NCBI GenBank assembly: GCA_030390025.1
Contig: CM059432.1
Location: 112,036,001 to 112,100,000 of the forward strand
DNA length: 64,000 nucleotides
Direction: 5' to 3'
Origin: Squalus acanthias
Taxonomy: Eukaryota
Both the position numbers and the translations under genes were made by a program. Positions 37,701 to 51,630 of this stretch are shown here, piece after piece (the stretch's first letter is position 1; every line of letters starts with the position of its first letter). The notes under the pieces are model-generated. The model saw nothing but the letters and a program-made list of their open reading frames with translations. It had not been told where the DNA came from and did no database searches.

Positions 37701-40700
37701 TGGAGACCTGGCAAATTATCATCTCTCTAACCCAGGAGTGGTGACCTGGCCAATTATTATTGCTCTAACCCAGGAGTGGAGTCCTGGCCAATTATTATTG
37801 CTCTAACCCAGGAGTGGAGACCTGGCAAATTATCATCTCTCTAACCCAGGAGTGGTGACCTGGCCAATTATTATTGCTCTAACCCAGGAGTGGAGTCCTG
37901 GCCAATTATCATCTCTCGAACCCAGGAGTGGAGTCCTGGCCAATTTTCATCTCTCTAACCCAGGAGTGGAGTCCTGGCCAATTATTATTGCTCTAACCCA
38001 GAAGTGGAGTCCTGGCCAATTATCATCTCTCTAACCCAGGAGTGGAGTCCTGGCCAATTATTATTGCTCTAACACAGTAGTGGAGTCCTGGCCAATTAAC
38101 ATCTCTCTAACCCGGGAGTGGAGTACTGGCAAATTATCATCTCTCTAACCCAGGAGTGGAGTACTGGCCAATTATGACCTCTCTAACCCAGGAGTGGCGT
38201 CCTGGCCAAATATTATCTCTCTAACCCATGAGTGGATTCCAGGCCAAATATTTCCTCTCTAACACAGGAGTGGAGACCTGGCCAATTATCATCTCTCTAA
38301 CCCAGGAGTTGAGACATGGCCAATTATCTCCTCTCTAAAACAGGAGTGGAGTCCTGGTGAATTATCTCCTCTCTAACCCAGGAGTGGAGTCCTGGCCAAT
38401 TATCATCTCTCTAACCCAGGAGTGGAGTCCTGGCCAATTATCATCTCTGTAACCCAAGAGTGGAGACCTGGACAATGATCTCCTCTCGAACCCAGGAGTG
38501 GAGACCTGGCCAATTATCTCCTCCCTAACCAAGGACTAGAGTCCGGGCGAATTATCTCCTCGCTAACCCAGGAGTGGAGTCCTGGCAAATTACCATCTCT
38601 CTAACCCAGGAGTGGAGAACTGGGCAATTATATCCTCTCTAAACCAGGAGTGGAGTCCTGGTCCATTATCATCTCTCTAACCCAGGAGTGGAGTCCTGGC
38701 CAATTATCTCCGCTCTATCGCAGGAGTGGAGACCTGGCCAATTATCATCTCTCTAACCCAGGAGTGGAGTCCTGGCCAATTATCATTTCTGTTACCCAGG
38801 AGTGGAGTCCTGGCCAATTATCTCCTCTCTAACGCAGCAGTGGAGTCCTGGCCAATTATCTCCTCTCTAACCCAGGAGTGGAGTCCTGGCAAAGTATCAC
38901 CACTCTAACCCAGGAGTGGAGTCCTGATCAATTAGCTCCTCTCTAACCCGGGAGTGGAGACCAGGCCAAATATCATCTCTCTAACCCAGGAGTGGAGACC
39001 TGGCCAATTATCATCACTCTAACCCAGCAGTGGAGTCCTGGCCAATTATCATCTCGCTAACCCAAGAGTGAAGACCTGGACAATTATCTCCTCTCAAACC
39101 CAGGAGTGGAGACCTGGCCAGTTATCTCCTATCTAACCCAGGTGTGGAGTCCTGGCCAATTATTTCCTCTCTAACCCAGGTGTGGAGTCCTGGCCAATTA
39201 TTTCCTCTCTAACCCAGGAGTGGAGACCTGGCAAATTATCATCTCTCGAACCCAGGAGTGGAGTCCTGGCCAATTATCTCCTCTCTAACGCAGCAGTGGA
39301 GTCCTGGCAAAGTATCACCACTCTAACCCAGGTGTGGAGTCCTGATCAATTAGCTCCTCTCTAACCCGGGAGTGGAGACCAGGCCAAATATCATCTCTCT
39401 AACCCAGGAGTGGAGACCTGGACAATTATCTCCTCTCAAACTCAGGAGTGGAGTCCTGGCCAATTATCTCCCCTCTAACCAAGGACTAGAGTACGGGCGA
39501 ATTATCTCCTCGCTAACCCAGGAGTGGAGTCCTGGCAAATTACCATCTCTCTAACCCAGGAGTGGAGAATTAGGCAATTTTATCCTCTCTAATCCAGGAG
39601 TGGAGTCCTGGCCAATTATCTCCTCTCTATCGCAGGAGGGGAGACCTGGCAAATTATCATCTCTCTAACCCAGGAGTGGAGTCCAGGCCAATTATCTCCT
39701 CTCTAACCCAGGAGTGGAGTCCTGGCCAATTATCTCCTCTCTAACCCAGGAGTGGAGTCCTGGCCAATTATCATCTCTCTAACCCAGGAGTGTAGTCCTG
39801 GCCAATTATCATCTCTCTAACCCAGGAGTGGAGTCCTGGCCAATTATCTCCTCTCGAACCCAGGAGTGGAGTACTGGCCAATTATCTCCTCTCTAACCCA
39901 GGAGTGGAGACCTGGCCAATTATCATCTCGCTAACCCAGGAGTAGAGAACTGGCCAGTTATTTCCTCTCTAACCCAGGTGTGGAGTCCTGGCCAATTATT
40001 TCCTCTCTAACCCAGGTGTGGAGACCTGGCAAATTATCATCTCTCGAACCCAGGAGTGGAGACCTGGCAAATTAACATCTCTCTAACCCAGGAGTGGAGT
40101 CCTGGCCAATTATTATTGCTCTAACCCAGGAGTGGAGACCTGGCAAATTATCATCTCTCTAACCCAGGAGTGGTGACCTGGCCAATTATTATTGCTCTAA
40201 CCCAGGAGTGGAGTCCTGGCCAATTATCATCTCTCGAACCCAGGAGTGGAGTCCTGGCCAATTTTCATCTCTCTAACCCAGGAGTGGAGTCCTGGCCAAT
40301 TATTATTGCTCTAACCCAGAAGTGGAGTCCTGGCCAATTATCATCTCTCTAACCCAGGAGTGGAGTCCTGGCCAATTATTATTGCTCTAACACAGTAGTG
40401 GAGTCCTGGCCAATTATGACCTCTCTAACCCAGGAGTGGCGTCCTGGCCAAATATTATCTCTCTAACCCATGAGTGGATTCCAGGCCAAATATTTCCTCT
40501 CTAACACAGGAGTGGAGACCTGGCCAATTATCATCTCTCTAACCCAGGAGTTGAGACATGGCCAATTATCTCCTCTCTAAAACAGGAGTGGAGTCCTGGT
40601 GAATTATCTCCTCTCTAACCCAGGAGTGGAGTCCTGGCCAATTATCATCTCTCTAACCCAGGAGTGGAGTCCTGGCCAATTATTATTACTCTAACCCAGG

Positions 40701-43700
40701 AGTGGAGTCCTGGCCAATTATTATTACTCTAACCCAGGAGTGGAGTCCTGGCCAATTATTATTACTCTAACCCAGGAGTGGAGTCCTGGCCAATTATTAT
40801 TACTCTAACCCAGGAGTTGAGTCCTGGCCAATTATTATTACTCTAACCCAGGAGTGGAGTCCTGGCCAATTATCATCTCTCTTACCCAGGAGTGGAGTCC
40901 TGGCCAATTATCTCCTCTCTAACCCAGCAGTGGTGACCTGGCCAATTATCTCCTCTCTAACCCAGGAGTGGATTCCTGGCCAATTATCATCTCTCAAACC
41001 CAGGAGTTGAGTCCTGGCCAATTATCTCCTCTCCAAACCAGGAGTGTAGTCCTGGCAAAGTATCTCCTATCTAACCCAGGGGTGGAGTCCTGGTGAATTA
41101 TCTCCTCCCTATCACACGAGTGGCGACGTGGCCAATTATCTCCTCTCTAAGCCAGGAGTGGAGTCCTGGCCAATTATCTCCTCTCTAACGCAGGAGTGGA
41201 GTCCTGGCCAATTATCAGCTCTCGAACCCAGGAGTGGAGACCTGGCCAATTATCATCTCTCTAACTCAGGAGAGGAGTCCTGGCCAATTATCTCCTCTCT
41301 AACCCAGGAGTGGAGTCCTGGCAAAGTATCACCACCCTAACCCAGGAGTGGAGTCCTGGTCAATTATCACCTCTCTAACCCGGGAGTGGAGACCAGGCCA
41401 AATATGATCTCTCTAACCCAGGAGTGGAGTCCTGGCCCATTATCATCTTTCTAACCCAAGAGTGGAGACCTGGACAATTATCTCCTCTCGAACCCAGGAG
41501 TGGAGACCTGGCCAATTATCTCCTCCCTAACCAAGGACTAGAGTCTGGAGGAATTATCTCCTCGCTAACCCAGGAGTGGAGTCCTGGCAAATTACCATCT
41601 CTCTAACCCAGGAGTGGAGAACTGGGCAATTATATCCTCTCTAATCCAGGAGTGGAGTCCTGGTCCATTATCATCTCTCTAACCCAGGAGTGGAGTCCTG
41701 GCCAATTATCTCCGCTCTATCGCAGGAGTGGAGACCTGGCCAATTATCATCTCTCTAACACAGGAGTGGAGTCCTGGCCAATTATCATTTCTGTTACCCA
41801 GGAGTGGAGTCCTGGCCAATTATCTCCTCTCTAACGCAGCAGTGGAGTCCTGGCCAATTATCTCCTCTCTAACCCAGGAGTGGAGTCCTGGTCAATTATT
41901 ATTGCTCTAACCCGGGAGTGGAGACCAGGCCAAATATCATCTCTCTAACCCAGGAGTGGAGACCTGGCCGATTATCATCTCTCTAACCCAGCAGTGGAGT
42001 CCTGGCCAATTATCATCTCGCTAACCCAAGAGTGAAGACCTGGACAATTATCTCCTCTCAAACCCAGGAGTGGAGACCTGGCCAGTTATCTCCTCTCTAA
42101 CCCAGGTGTGGAGTCCTGGCCAATTATTTCCTCTCTAACCCAGGTGTGGAGTCCTGGCCAATTATTTCCTCTCTAACCCAGGAGTGGAGACCTGGCAAAT
42201 TATCATCTCTCGAACCCAGGAGTGGAGTCCTGGCCAATTATTATTGCTCTAACCCAGGAGTGGAGACCTGGGAAATTATCATCTCTCGAACCCAGGAGTG
42301 GAGTCCTGGCCAATTATCATCTCTCGAACCCAGGAGTGGAGACCTGGCCAATTATCATCTCTCTAACCCATGAGTGGATTCCAGGCCAATTATTCCCTCT
42401 CTAACACAGGAGTGGAGACCTGGCCAATTATCATCTCTCTAACCCAGGAGTGGAGAACTGGGCAATTATATCCTCTCTAATCCAGGAGTGGAGTCCTGGT
42501 CCATTATCATCTCTCTAACCCAGGAGTGGAGTCCTGGCCAATTATCTCCACTCTATCGCAGGAGTGGAGACCTGGCCAATTATCATCTCTCTAACACAGG
42601 AGTGGAGTCCTGGCCAATTATCATTTCTCTTACCCAGGAGTGGAGTCCTGGCCAATTATCTCCTCTCTAACGCAGCAGTGGAGTCCTGGCCAATTATCTC
42701 CTCTCTAACCCAGGAGTGGAGTCCTGGCCAATTATTATTGCTCTAACCCGGGAGTGGAGACCAGGCCAAATATCATCTCTCTAACCCAGGAGTGGAGACC
42801 TGGCCGATTATCATCTCTCTAACCCAGCAGTGGAGTCCTGGCCAATTATCATCTCGCTAACCCAAGAGTGAAGACCTGGACAATTATCTCCTCTCAAACC
42901 CAGGAGTGGAGACCTGGCCAGTTATCTCCTCTCTAACCCAGGTGTGGAGTCCTGGCCAATTATTTCCTCTCTAACCCAGGTGTGGAGTCCTGGCCAATTA
43001 TTTCCTCTCTAACCCAGGAGTGGAGACCTGGCAAATTATCATCTCTCGAACCCAGGAGTGGAGTCCTGGCCAATTATTATTGCTCTAACCCAGGAGTGGA
43101 GACCTGGGAAATTATCATCTCTCGAACCCAGGAGTGGAGTCCTGGCCAATTATCATCTCTCGAACCCAGGAGTGGAGTCCTGGCCAATTATCATCTCTCG
43201 CACCCAGGAGTGGAGACCTGGCCAATTTTCATCTCTCTAACCCAGGAGTGGAGTCCTGGCCAATTATCATCTCTCGAACCCAGGAGTGGAGTCCTGGCCA
43301 ATTATCATCTCTCGCACCCAGGAGTGGAGACCTGGCCAATTTTCATCTCTCTAACCCAGGAGTGGAGTCCTGGCCAATTATTATTGCTCTAACCCAGAAG
43401 TGGAGTCCTGGCCAATTATCATCTCTCTATCCCAGGAGTGGAGGCCTGGCCAATTATTATTGCTCTAACACAGTAGTGGAGTCCTGGCCAATTATCATCT
43501 CTCTAACCCGGGAGTGGAGTACTGGCAAATTATCATCTCTCTAACCCAGGAGTGGATTCCTGGTCAATTATGACCTCTCTCACCCAGGAGTGGTGTCCTG
43601 GCCAATTATCATCTCTCTAACCCAGGAGTGGAGTCTTGGCCAATTATCTCCACTCTATCGCAGGAGTGGAGACCTGGCCAATTATCATCTCTCTAACAGT

Positions 43701-44966
43701 GGAGTCCTAGCCAATTATCATATCTCTCACCCAGGAGTGGAAACCTGGCCAATTATCTCCTCTCTAACCCAGGAGTGGAGTCCTGGCCAGCTATCATCTC
43801 TCTTACCCAGGAGTGGAGTCCTGGCCAATTATCATCTCTCTAACACAGGAGTGGAAACCTGGCCAATTATCACCTCAATAACCCAGGAGTGGAGTTCTGG
43901 CCAATTATCTCCTCTCTAAACCAGGTGTGGAGACCTGGCCAATTATCAACTCTTTAAACCAGGAGTGGAGTCCTGGCCAAGTATTTCCTCTCTAATCCAG
44001 GAGACCTGGCCAATTAACTCCTCTCTAACCCAGGAGTGAAGTCCTGGCCAATTCTCGCCACTCTAACCCAGATGTGGAGTCCTGGCCAATTATCTCCTCT
44101 ATAACAAATGAGTGGTGTCCTGAACAATTATCATCTCTCTAACCGAGGAGTGGAGACCAGGCGAATTATCACCTCTCTAACCCAGGAGTGGAGTTCTGGC
44201 CCATTATCATCTCTCTAACCCAGGAGTGTAGACCTGACCAATTATCACCTCTCTAACCCAGGAGTGGAGCCCTGGCCAATTATCACCTCTCTAACTCAGG
44301 AGTGGAGTTCTGGCCCATTATCATCTCTCTAACCCAGGAGTGGAGCCCTGGCCAATTATCTCCTCTCTAACCCAGGAGACCTGGCCAAATATCTCCTTCT
44401 CTAACCCAGGAGTGAAGTCCTGGCCAATTCTCCCCTCTGTAAACAAGGAGTGGAGTCCTGGCCAATTATCATCTCTCTGACCCAGGAGTGGCGACTTGGC
44501 CAATTAGCATATCTCTAACCCAGGAGTGGAGTCCTGGCCAATTATCTCCTCTCCAACCCCAGAGTGGAGTCCTGGTCAATTATTATTTCTCTAACCCAGG
44601 AGTGCAGACCTGGTCAATAATTATCTCTCTTACCCAGGGTTGGAGAACTGACCAATTATCTCCTCTCTAACCCAGGAGTGGAGTGCTGGCCAATTATCAA
44701 CTCTCTAACTCAGGAGTGGAGTCCAGGCCAATTATCTCCTCTCTAACCCAGGAGTGGAGTCCTGGCCAATCATCATCTCACTAACTCAGAAGTGGAACCC
44801 TTGCCAATTATCATCTCCCTAATCCAGAAGTGGAGTCCTGGCCAAATATCTCATCTCTAACCCAGGAGTGGTGTCCTGGCCAATTATTTCCTCTCTAACC
44901 CAGGAATGGAGTCCTGGCCAATTATCATATCTCTAACCCAGGAGTGGAGACCTGGCCAATTATCTC
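22753..44966 (+). repeat. 38-bp satellite, main block (~22.2 kb, ~585 units) with higher-order duplications
   Basis: Direct reading. Identical variant-unit strings recur at offsets of 528, 836, 1482, 1860, 2508 and 6904 bp. Confidence 0.97.
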
Positions 44967-47900
44967 ATAGAAACATAGAAACATAGAAGATAGGAGCAGG
45001 AGTAGGCCATTTGGCCCCTTGAGCCTGCCCCGCCATTCGATGAGATCATGGCTGATCATCCAAACTCAGTACCCTGTACCTGCCTTCTCCCCATATCCCT
45101 TGATACCTTTAGCTTTAAGAAATATATCTAACTCATTCTTGAATACATTTAATGACTTGGCCTCAACTACAATCTGTGGTAGAGAATTCCACAGGTTCAC
45201 CACTCTCTGGGTGAAGAAATTCTTCCTCATTTCTGTCCTAAATGGCTTACCCCTTATCCTTAGATTATGACCCCTGGTTCTGGACTCTCCGACCATCGGG
45301 AATATTCTTCCTCCATCTAGTCTGTCCAGACCTGTCAGAATTTTATATGTTTTGATGAGATCCCCTCTCATTCTTCTATACTCCAGCGAGTATAAGCCCA
45401 ATCGGCCCAATCTCTCCTCATATGTCATTCCTGCCATCCCAGGTATCAGCCTTGTGAATCTTTGCTGAACTCCTTCCATGGCAAGAACATCCTTCCTCAG
45501 ATAAGGCGACCAAAACTGCACACAGTACTCAAGGTGTGGTCTCACCAAGGCCCTGTACAACTGCAGCAGGACATCCCTGTTCCTATACTCAAACCCTTTC
45601 GCTATGAAGGCCGACATACCATTTGCCTTCTTCACCGCCTGCTGCACCTGCATGCTTACTTTCAGCGACTGGTGCACAAGGACACCCAGGTCTCGTTGCA
45701 CTTCCCCTTCTCCCAATCTATTGCCATTCAGATAATAGTCTGCCTTTCTGTTTTTGACACCAAAGTGGATAACCTCGCATTTATCCACGTTATATTGCAT
45801 CTGCCACACTTCTGCCCACTCACCCAACCTGTCCAAATCATCCTGGAGTTTCTCGGTATCCTCCTCGCAGCACACACTCCCACCCAGCTTTGTGTCATCT
45901 GCAAACTTGGAGATATTACATTTAGTTCCCTTATCTAGATCATTAATGTATATTGTGAATAGCTGGGGTCCAAGGACCGATCCCTGCGGTACCCCACTAG
46001 TCACTGCTTGCCACTCGGAAAAAGACCCATTAATTCCTACTCTCTGCTTTCTGTCCGCCAACCAGTTCTCTATTCAAGTCAATACCTTGCCCCCAATCCC
46101 ATGTGCCTTAACTTTACACGCTAATCTCTTACGCGGGACCTTATCGAAAGCCTTTTGAAAGTCCAAATACACCACATCTACTGGTTCTCCCTTATCTATT
46201 TTCCCAGTTACATCCTCAAAAAATTCCGGTAGATTAGTCAAGCACGATTTACCTTTTGTAAATCCATGTTGACTTTGTCCGATCCTGTCACTGTTTTTCA
46301 AGTGCTCAGCTATTACATCCTTTATAAACAGGTATACCGATTTGGATACTGTTGAGGGGGATGACTCACCAGGGGAGAGTGGCAGCAGCCAACTTCCTGG
46401 CACCAGGGTTGCTTCTGCTGCTCAGAAAGGGAGGAAAAAGAGTGGGAGAGCAATAGTGGTAGGGGATTCTATCGTAAGGGGAACAGATAGGCGTTTCTGT
46501 GGTAGTAAACGTGTTCCAGGATGGTTTGTTGCCTCCCTGAGGCCAGGGTCATGGATGTCACTGAGCGGCTACAGGGCATTCTTAAGGGGGAGGGTGAGCA
46601 GGCAGAGGTCATGGTTCACATTGGGACCAACGACATAGGTAGGAAGGGGGATGAGGTCCTGCATCAAGAATTTAGGGAGCTAGGCAGCAGATTAAAGAGC
46701 AGGACCTCAAAGGTTGTAATCTCTGGATTACTCCCAGTGCCACGTGCTAGTGAGTATAGGAATAGAAGGATAGAACAGATGAATGCGTGGCTAAAGAGTT
46801 GGTGCAGGAGGGAGGGTTTTAGTTTCCTGGATCACTGGGCCTGCTTCTGGGGAAGGTGGGATTTGTACAAGTCGGACGGTTTGCACCTGAACCAGAGCGG
46901 GACAAATATCCTTGCGGGGAGATTTGCTAGCACTGTTGGGGGGGGGTTTAAACTAACTTGGCAGGGGGATGGGATACAGAGTGGAGCTACAATAGGGGGT
47001 GATGTACAGTCAAATATAGAGAAAAAAACAAGTCAGCTTGGAAGACAGGGCAAACATGTAAGAGCAAGGCTGGAAGGCATCTATTTTAATGCAAGGAGTC
47101 TAGCAAATAAGGTGGATGAACTGAAGGTGTTGATAAACACATGGGAGTATGATATTGTTGCTATCACGGAGACATGGTTGAGGGAGGGGCAAGACTGGCA
47201 GCTCAATATTCCGGGGTACAGAATCTTCAGGCGAGACAGAGGGAGAGGTATAAGAGGAGGGGGTGTCGCAATATTAATTAAGGAATCAATTACTGCCATA
47301 AGGAGGGATGATATATTAGCAGGTTCCTCCAATGAGGCTATATGGGTGGAGCTTAAAAACAAAAAGGGGGCAAGCACTTTGCTGGGAGCGTACTATAGGC
47401 CCCCAAACAGTCAGGGGGAGATAGAGGAACAGATATGTAGGCAAATCTCAGAGAAATGTGCAAATAATAGGGTAATAATAATGGGGGATTTCAACTTCCC
47501 CAATATTAACTGGGATAGTCAGAGTGTGAAAGGCTTAGAGGGTTCAAAATTCTTAAAGTGCATCCAGGAGAGCTTTTTGAGCCAGCATGTAGAAAGTCCT
47601 ACAAGGGAGGGGGTGGTACTGGACCTAATTCTAGGGAATGTGGCCGGCCAAGTGGAAGAAGTGCTAGTAGGTGAGCACTTTGGTGACAGTGACCATAATA
47701 CGGTGAGATTTAAGGTGGTCATGGAAAAGGACAGGGATGGGCCGGAAATAAAGGTTCTAAATTGGGGGCAGGCCGATTTTAATAAGATAAGGCAGGATCT
47801 GGCCAAAATGGACTGGGATCAGCTGCTTGTAGGAAAATCCGCATCGGAAAAATGGGATTCTTTCAGAAGGGAGATTGAGATCATACAATGGCAGCATGTT

Positions 47901-50900
47901 CCCGTAAAGGTCAAGGGTGGTTCCAAAAACCCCAGGGAACCTTGGATGTCAGGGGATATACGAGAATGGATCAGGAAAAAAAGGAGGGCTTTTGGCAGAT
48001 ACAAAATGCTAAAGACGGAGGAAGCCCTAGAGGAGTACAAAAAGTGCAGGGGGATACTTAAAAAAGAAATTAGGAGATCAAGGAGGGGCCATGAAATAAC
48101 ACTGGCGAGCAAAATAAAGGAAAATCCTAAGATGTTTTATAAGTATATTAAGGGTAAGAGGATAACTAGGGAAAAAATAGGGCCCATTAGGGACAAAAGT
48201 GGCAATCTGTGTGTGGAGCCGGAAGATGTAGGTGGGGTTCTAAATGAATTTTTTGCATCTGTTTTCACTATGGAGAAGGACGATGCAGACATAAAATTAG
48301 GGTAGGGGGACTGTGATATACTCGAACATTTTAACATCGAGAGGGAGGAGGTATTGGCGGTTTTAGCAGGTCTAAAAATGGATAAATCCCCAGGTCCGGA
48401 CGAAATGTATCCCAGGCTGCTGTGTGAGGCAAAGGAGGTGATTGCGGGGGCTCTAACACATATATTCAGAACCTCTCTGGCCACAGGGGATGTGCCAGAG
48501 GACTGGAGAACCGCTAATGTAGTACCATTATTCAAGAAAGGGAGTAGGGAAAAACCGGGGAACGACAGGCCAGTGTGCCTAACATCAGTGGTAGGAAAAT
48601 TATTGGAAAAAATTCTGAGGGACAAAATTAGTCTCCACTTGGAGAGGCAAGGATTAATCAGGGTTAGCCAACATGGCTTTGTCAAGGGAAGATCATGTCT
48701 GACTAATTTGATTGAATTTTTTGAGGGGGTGACTAGGTGTGTGGATGAGGGTAACACAGTGGATGTGGTATACATGGATTTCAGTAAGGCCTTCGATAAA
48801 GTCCCGCACAGGAGACTGGTCAAGAAGGTAAGAGCCCATGGAATCCAGGGTGCCTTGGATACAAAACTGGCTCAGTGGCAGAAGGCAGAGGGTGATGGTC
48901 GAAGGTTGTTTTTGTGACTGGAAGCCTGTGGCCAGTGGGGTACCACAGGGATCGGTGCTGGGTCCCTTGCTGTTTGTGCTCTACATTAACGACTTGGATA
49001 TGAATGTAAAAGGTATGATCAGTAAGTTCGCGGATGATACAAAAATTGGTAGGGTGGTAAATAGCGAGGAGGGTAGCCTCAGTCTGCAGGACGATATAGA
49101 TGGGTTGGTCAGATGGGCGGAACAGTGGCAAATGGAATTTAATCCGGAAAAGTGCGAGGTGATGCACTTTGGAGGGACTAACAAGGCAAGGGAATACACA
49201 ATAAATGGTAAGACCCTAGGCAAGACGGAGGGTCAGAGGGATCTTGGTGTGCAAGTACACAGATCCCTGAAGGCGGCGGAACAGGTGGATAAGGTGGTAA
49301 AAAAGGCATATGGGATACTTGCATTCATTAGCCGAGGCACAGAATATAAGAGCAAGGAGGTTATGATGGAGCTGTATAAAACACTGGTTAGGCCACATCT
49401 GGAATACTGTGTGCAGTTCTGGTCGCCACACTTCAGGAAGGATGTGATAGCTTTGGAGAGGGTGCAGAGGAGATTCACCAGAATGTTACCCGGGCTGGAG
49501 TGCTTCAGCTATGAAGAGAGACTGGGCAGATTGGGTTTGTTTTCCTTGGAGCAGAGGAGGCTGAGGGGGGACATGATTGAGGTGTACAAAATTATGAGGG
49601 GCATAGATAGGATGGATACTAAGGAGCTTTTTCCCTTAGTAGAGGGGTCTATAACAAGGGGGCATAGATTCAAGGTAAAGGGCGGGAGGTTTAGAAGGGT
49701 TTTGAGAAAGAACTTTTGCACCCAGAGGGTGGTTGGAGTCTGGAACTCACTGCCTGAAAGGGTTGTGGAGGCAGGAACCCTCACAACATTCAAGAAGCAT
49801 TTGGATGAGCACTTGAAATGCCATAGCATACAAGGCTACGGACCAAATGCTGGAATATGGGATTAGATTAGACAGGGCTTGATGGCCGGCATGGACACGA
49901 TGGGCCGAAGGGCCTCTATCCGTGCTGGATAACTCTATGACTCTATAATGGACTCTGGCATTTTCCCCACTACCGATGTCAGGCTTACCGGTCTGTAATT
50001 CCCCGCTTTCTCTCTACCACCCTTTTTGAATAGTGGGGTAACATTAGCTACCCTCCAATCCATGGATACAGTTCCAGATTCCATCGAATGTTGGAAGATG
50101 ATCAGCAATGCATCTACTACTTCTAGGGCCACTTCCTTAAGTACCCTAGGATGTAGATTATCAGGCCCTGGGGATTTATCGGCCTTCAATCCCGGCAATT
50201 TCCCTAACACCATTTCTCTGCAAATACTGATTTCTTTCAGTTCCTCCCTTTCATCAGACTGTATGTTCTCCAACATCTCTGGGAGGTTATTTGTGTCCTC
50301 CTTTGTGAAGACAGAACCAAAATATGCATTTAATTGGTCTACCATTTCTTTGTTCCCCATTATAACTTCCCCCGCTTCTGACTGCAAGGGACCTACACTT
50401 GATTTCACTTATCTTTTTCTCTTCACGTATCTATTAAAGCTATTACAGTCAGTTTTTATGTCCCCAGCAAGCTTACTTTCATATTCTATTTTCCCCTTCT
50501 TAATTAATCCCTTTGTCCTCCTTTGTTGAATCCTAAACTGCTCCCAATCCTCAGGGTTACCGCTTTTTCTGGCCAATTTATATGCCCTCTCCTTGAATCT
50601 TATGCTATCCCTAATTTCCCTTGTTAGCCACGGTTGAGTCACCCTTTTTGTTTTATTCTTATGCCACACTGGGATGAACAAATTCTGTAGTTCATCCATG
50701 CAGTCTTTGAATGTTTGCCATTGCCTATCCACCATCAACCCCTTGAGTGACATTTCCCAATCAATCCTACCCAATTCGCGCCTCATACCATCGTAGTTTC
50801 CTTTATTTAAATTCAGGACCCTAGTCTCTGATTCAACTACTTCACTCTCCATCCTAATGAAGAATTCTATCATATTATGATCACTCTGACCCAAGGGGCC

Positions 50901-51630
50901 TCATACAACAAGATTGCTAATTAATCCTTTCTCGTTACATAATACCCAGTCTAAGATGGCCTGATCTCTGGTTGGTTCCTTGACATATTGTTCCAGAAAA
51001 CCATCCCGTAAACATTCTAGGAATTCCTCCTCCACAGTATTTTTACTAATTTGGTGAGCCCAATCTATATGTAAATTAAAGTCACCCATGATGACTGCTG
51101 TGCCCTTCTGCATGCTTCTCTAATTTCCCTTTTCATGCCGTCCCCAACCTCCATATTAGTGTTTGGAGGTCTATATACCACTCCCACTAATGTTTTCTGC
51201 CCCTTGTTATTTCTCAGTTCTACCCATACAGATTCCGCATCATCAGAGCTAATATCCTTCCTTTCAATTGTGTTAATCCCCTCTTTAACCAGCAATGCTA
51301 CCCCACCACCCTTTCTTTATTGCCTATCTTTCCTAAATATTGAATAACCCTGGATGTTGAGTTCCCAGCCTTGGCCACCCTGGAGCCATGTTTCTGTAAT
51401 CCCAATGGAATCGTATTCATTTACCTCTATTTGCGCAGCTAATTCATCCACCTTGTTCCGAATGCTCCTTGCATTAAGACACAAAGCCTTCAGGCTTGTT
51501 TTTTTAATGCTCTTCGACCTATATGAATTATTATTTACTGCGCCCATGTTTGATTTAAACCGTTGAGTTCTTTGCTTTCTACTTTTGTTTTTCTCCTTCC
51601 TGTCTTTAGCTTTTATCCTTGTTTCCCTTT
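44966..51630 (-). mobile_element. CR1 LINE (outer), near-complete ORF2, 5'-truncated, interrupted by the nested CR1 at 46328-49943
   Basis: Minus ORFs 51317-51547 (LCLNARSIRNK, ITETW), 51065-51295, 50901-51113, 50409-50894, 49935-50408 and 45066-46061 (PQGSVLGP, FADD). Tail (catagaaa)n at 44966-44988. The satellite unit tatctc|ctcgctaac rejoins across it. Confidence 0.95.
46328..49943 (+). mobile_element. CR1 LINE (inner, different subfamily): partial ORF1 (SGNH esterase) + ORF2, nested antisense in the outer CR1
   Basis: GDSIVRG, HIGTND, DGLHLN (esterase); YFNARS, ITETW, YYRPP, GDFN, SDH (endonuclease); RT motifs to ~49866. Tail ACTCTATGACTCTAT. TATAA duplicated at 46323-46327 and 49944-49948. 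Confidence 0.95.

Noticed and set aside
18798..44670. Many MESWPIIISLTQEW-type ORFs as a repeat protein
   Set aside because: The 38-bp unit is not a multiple of 3 and carries TAA; the ORFs arise where variants remove the stop.
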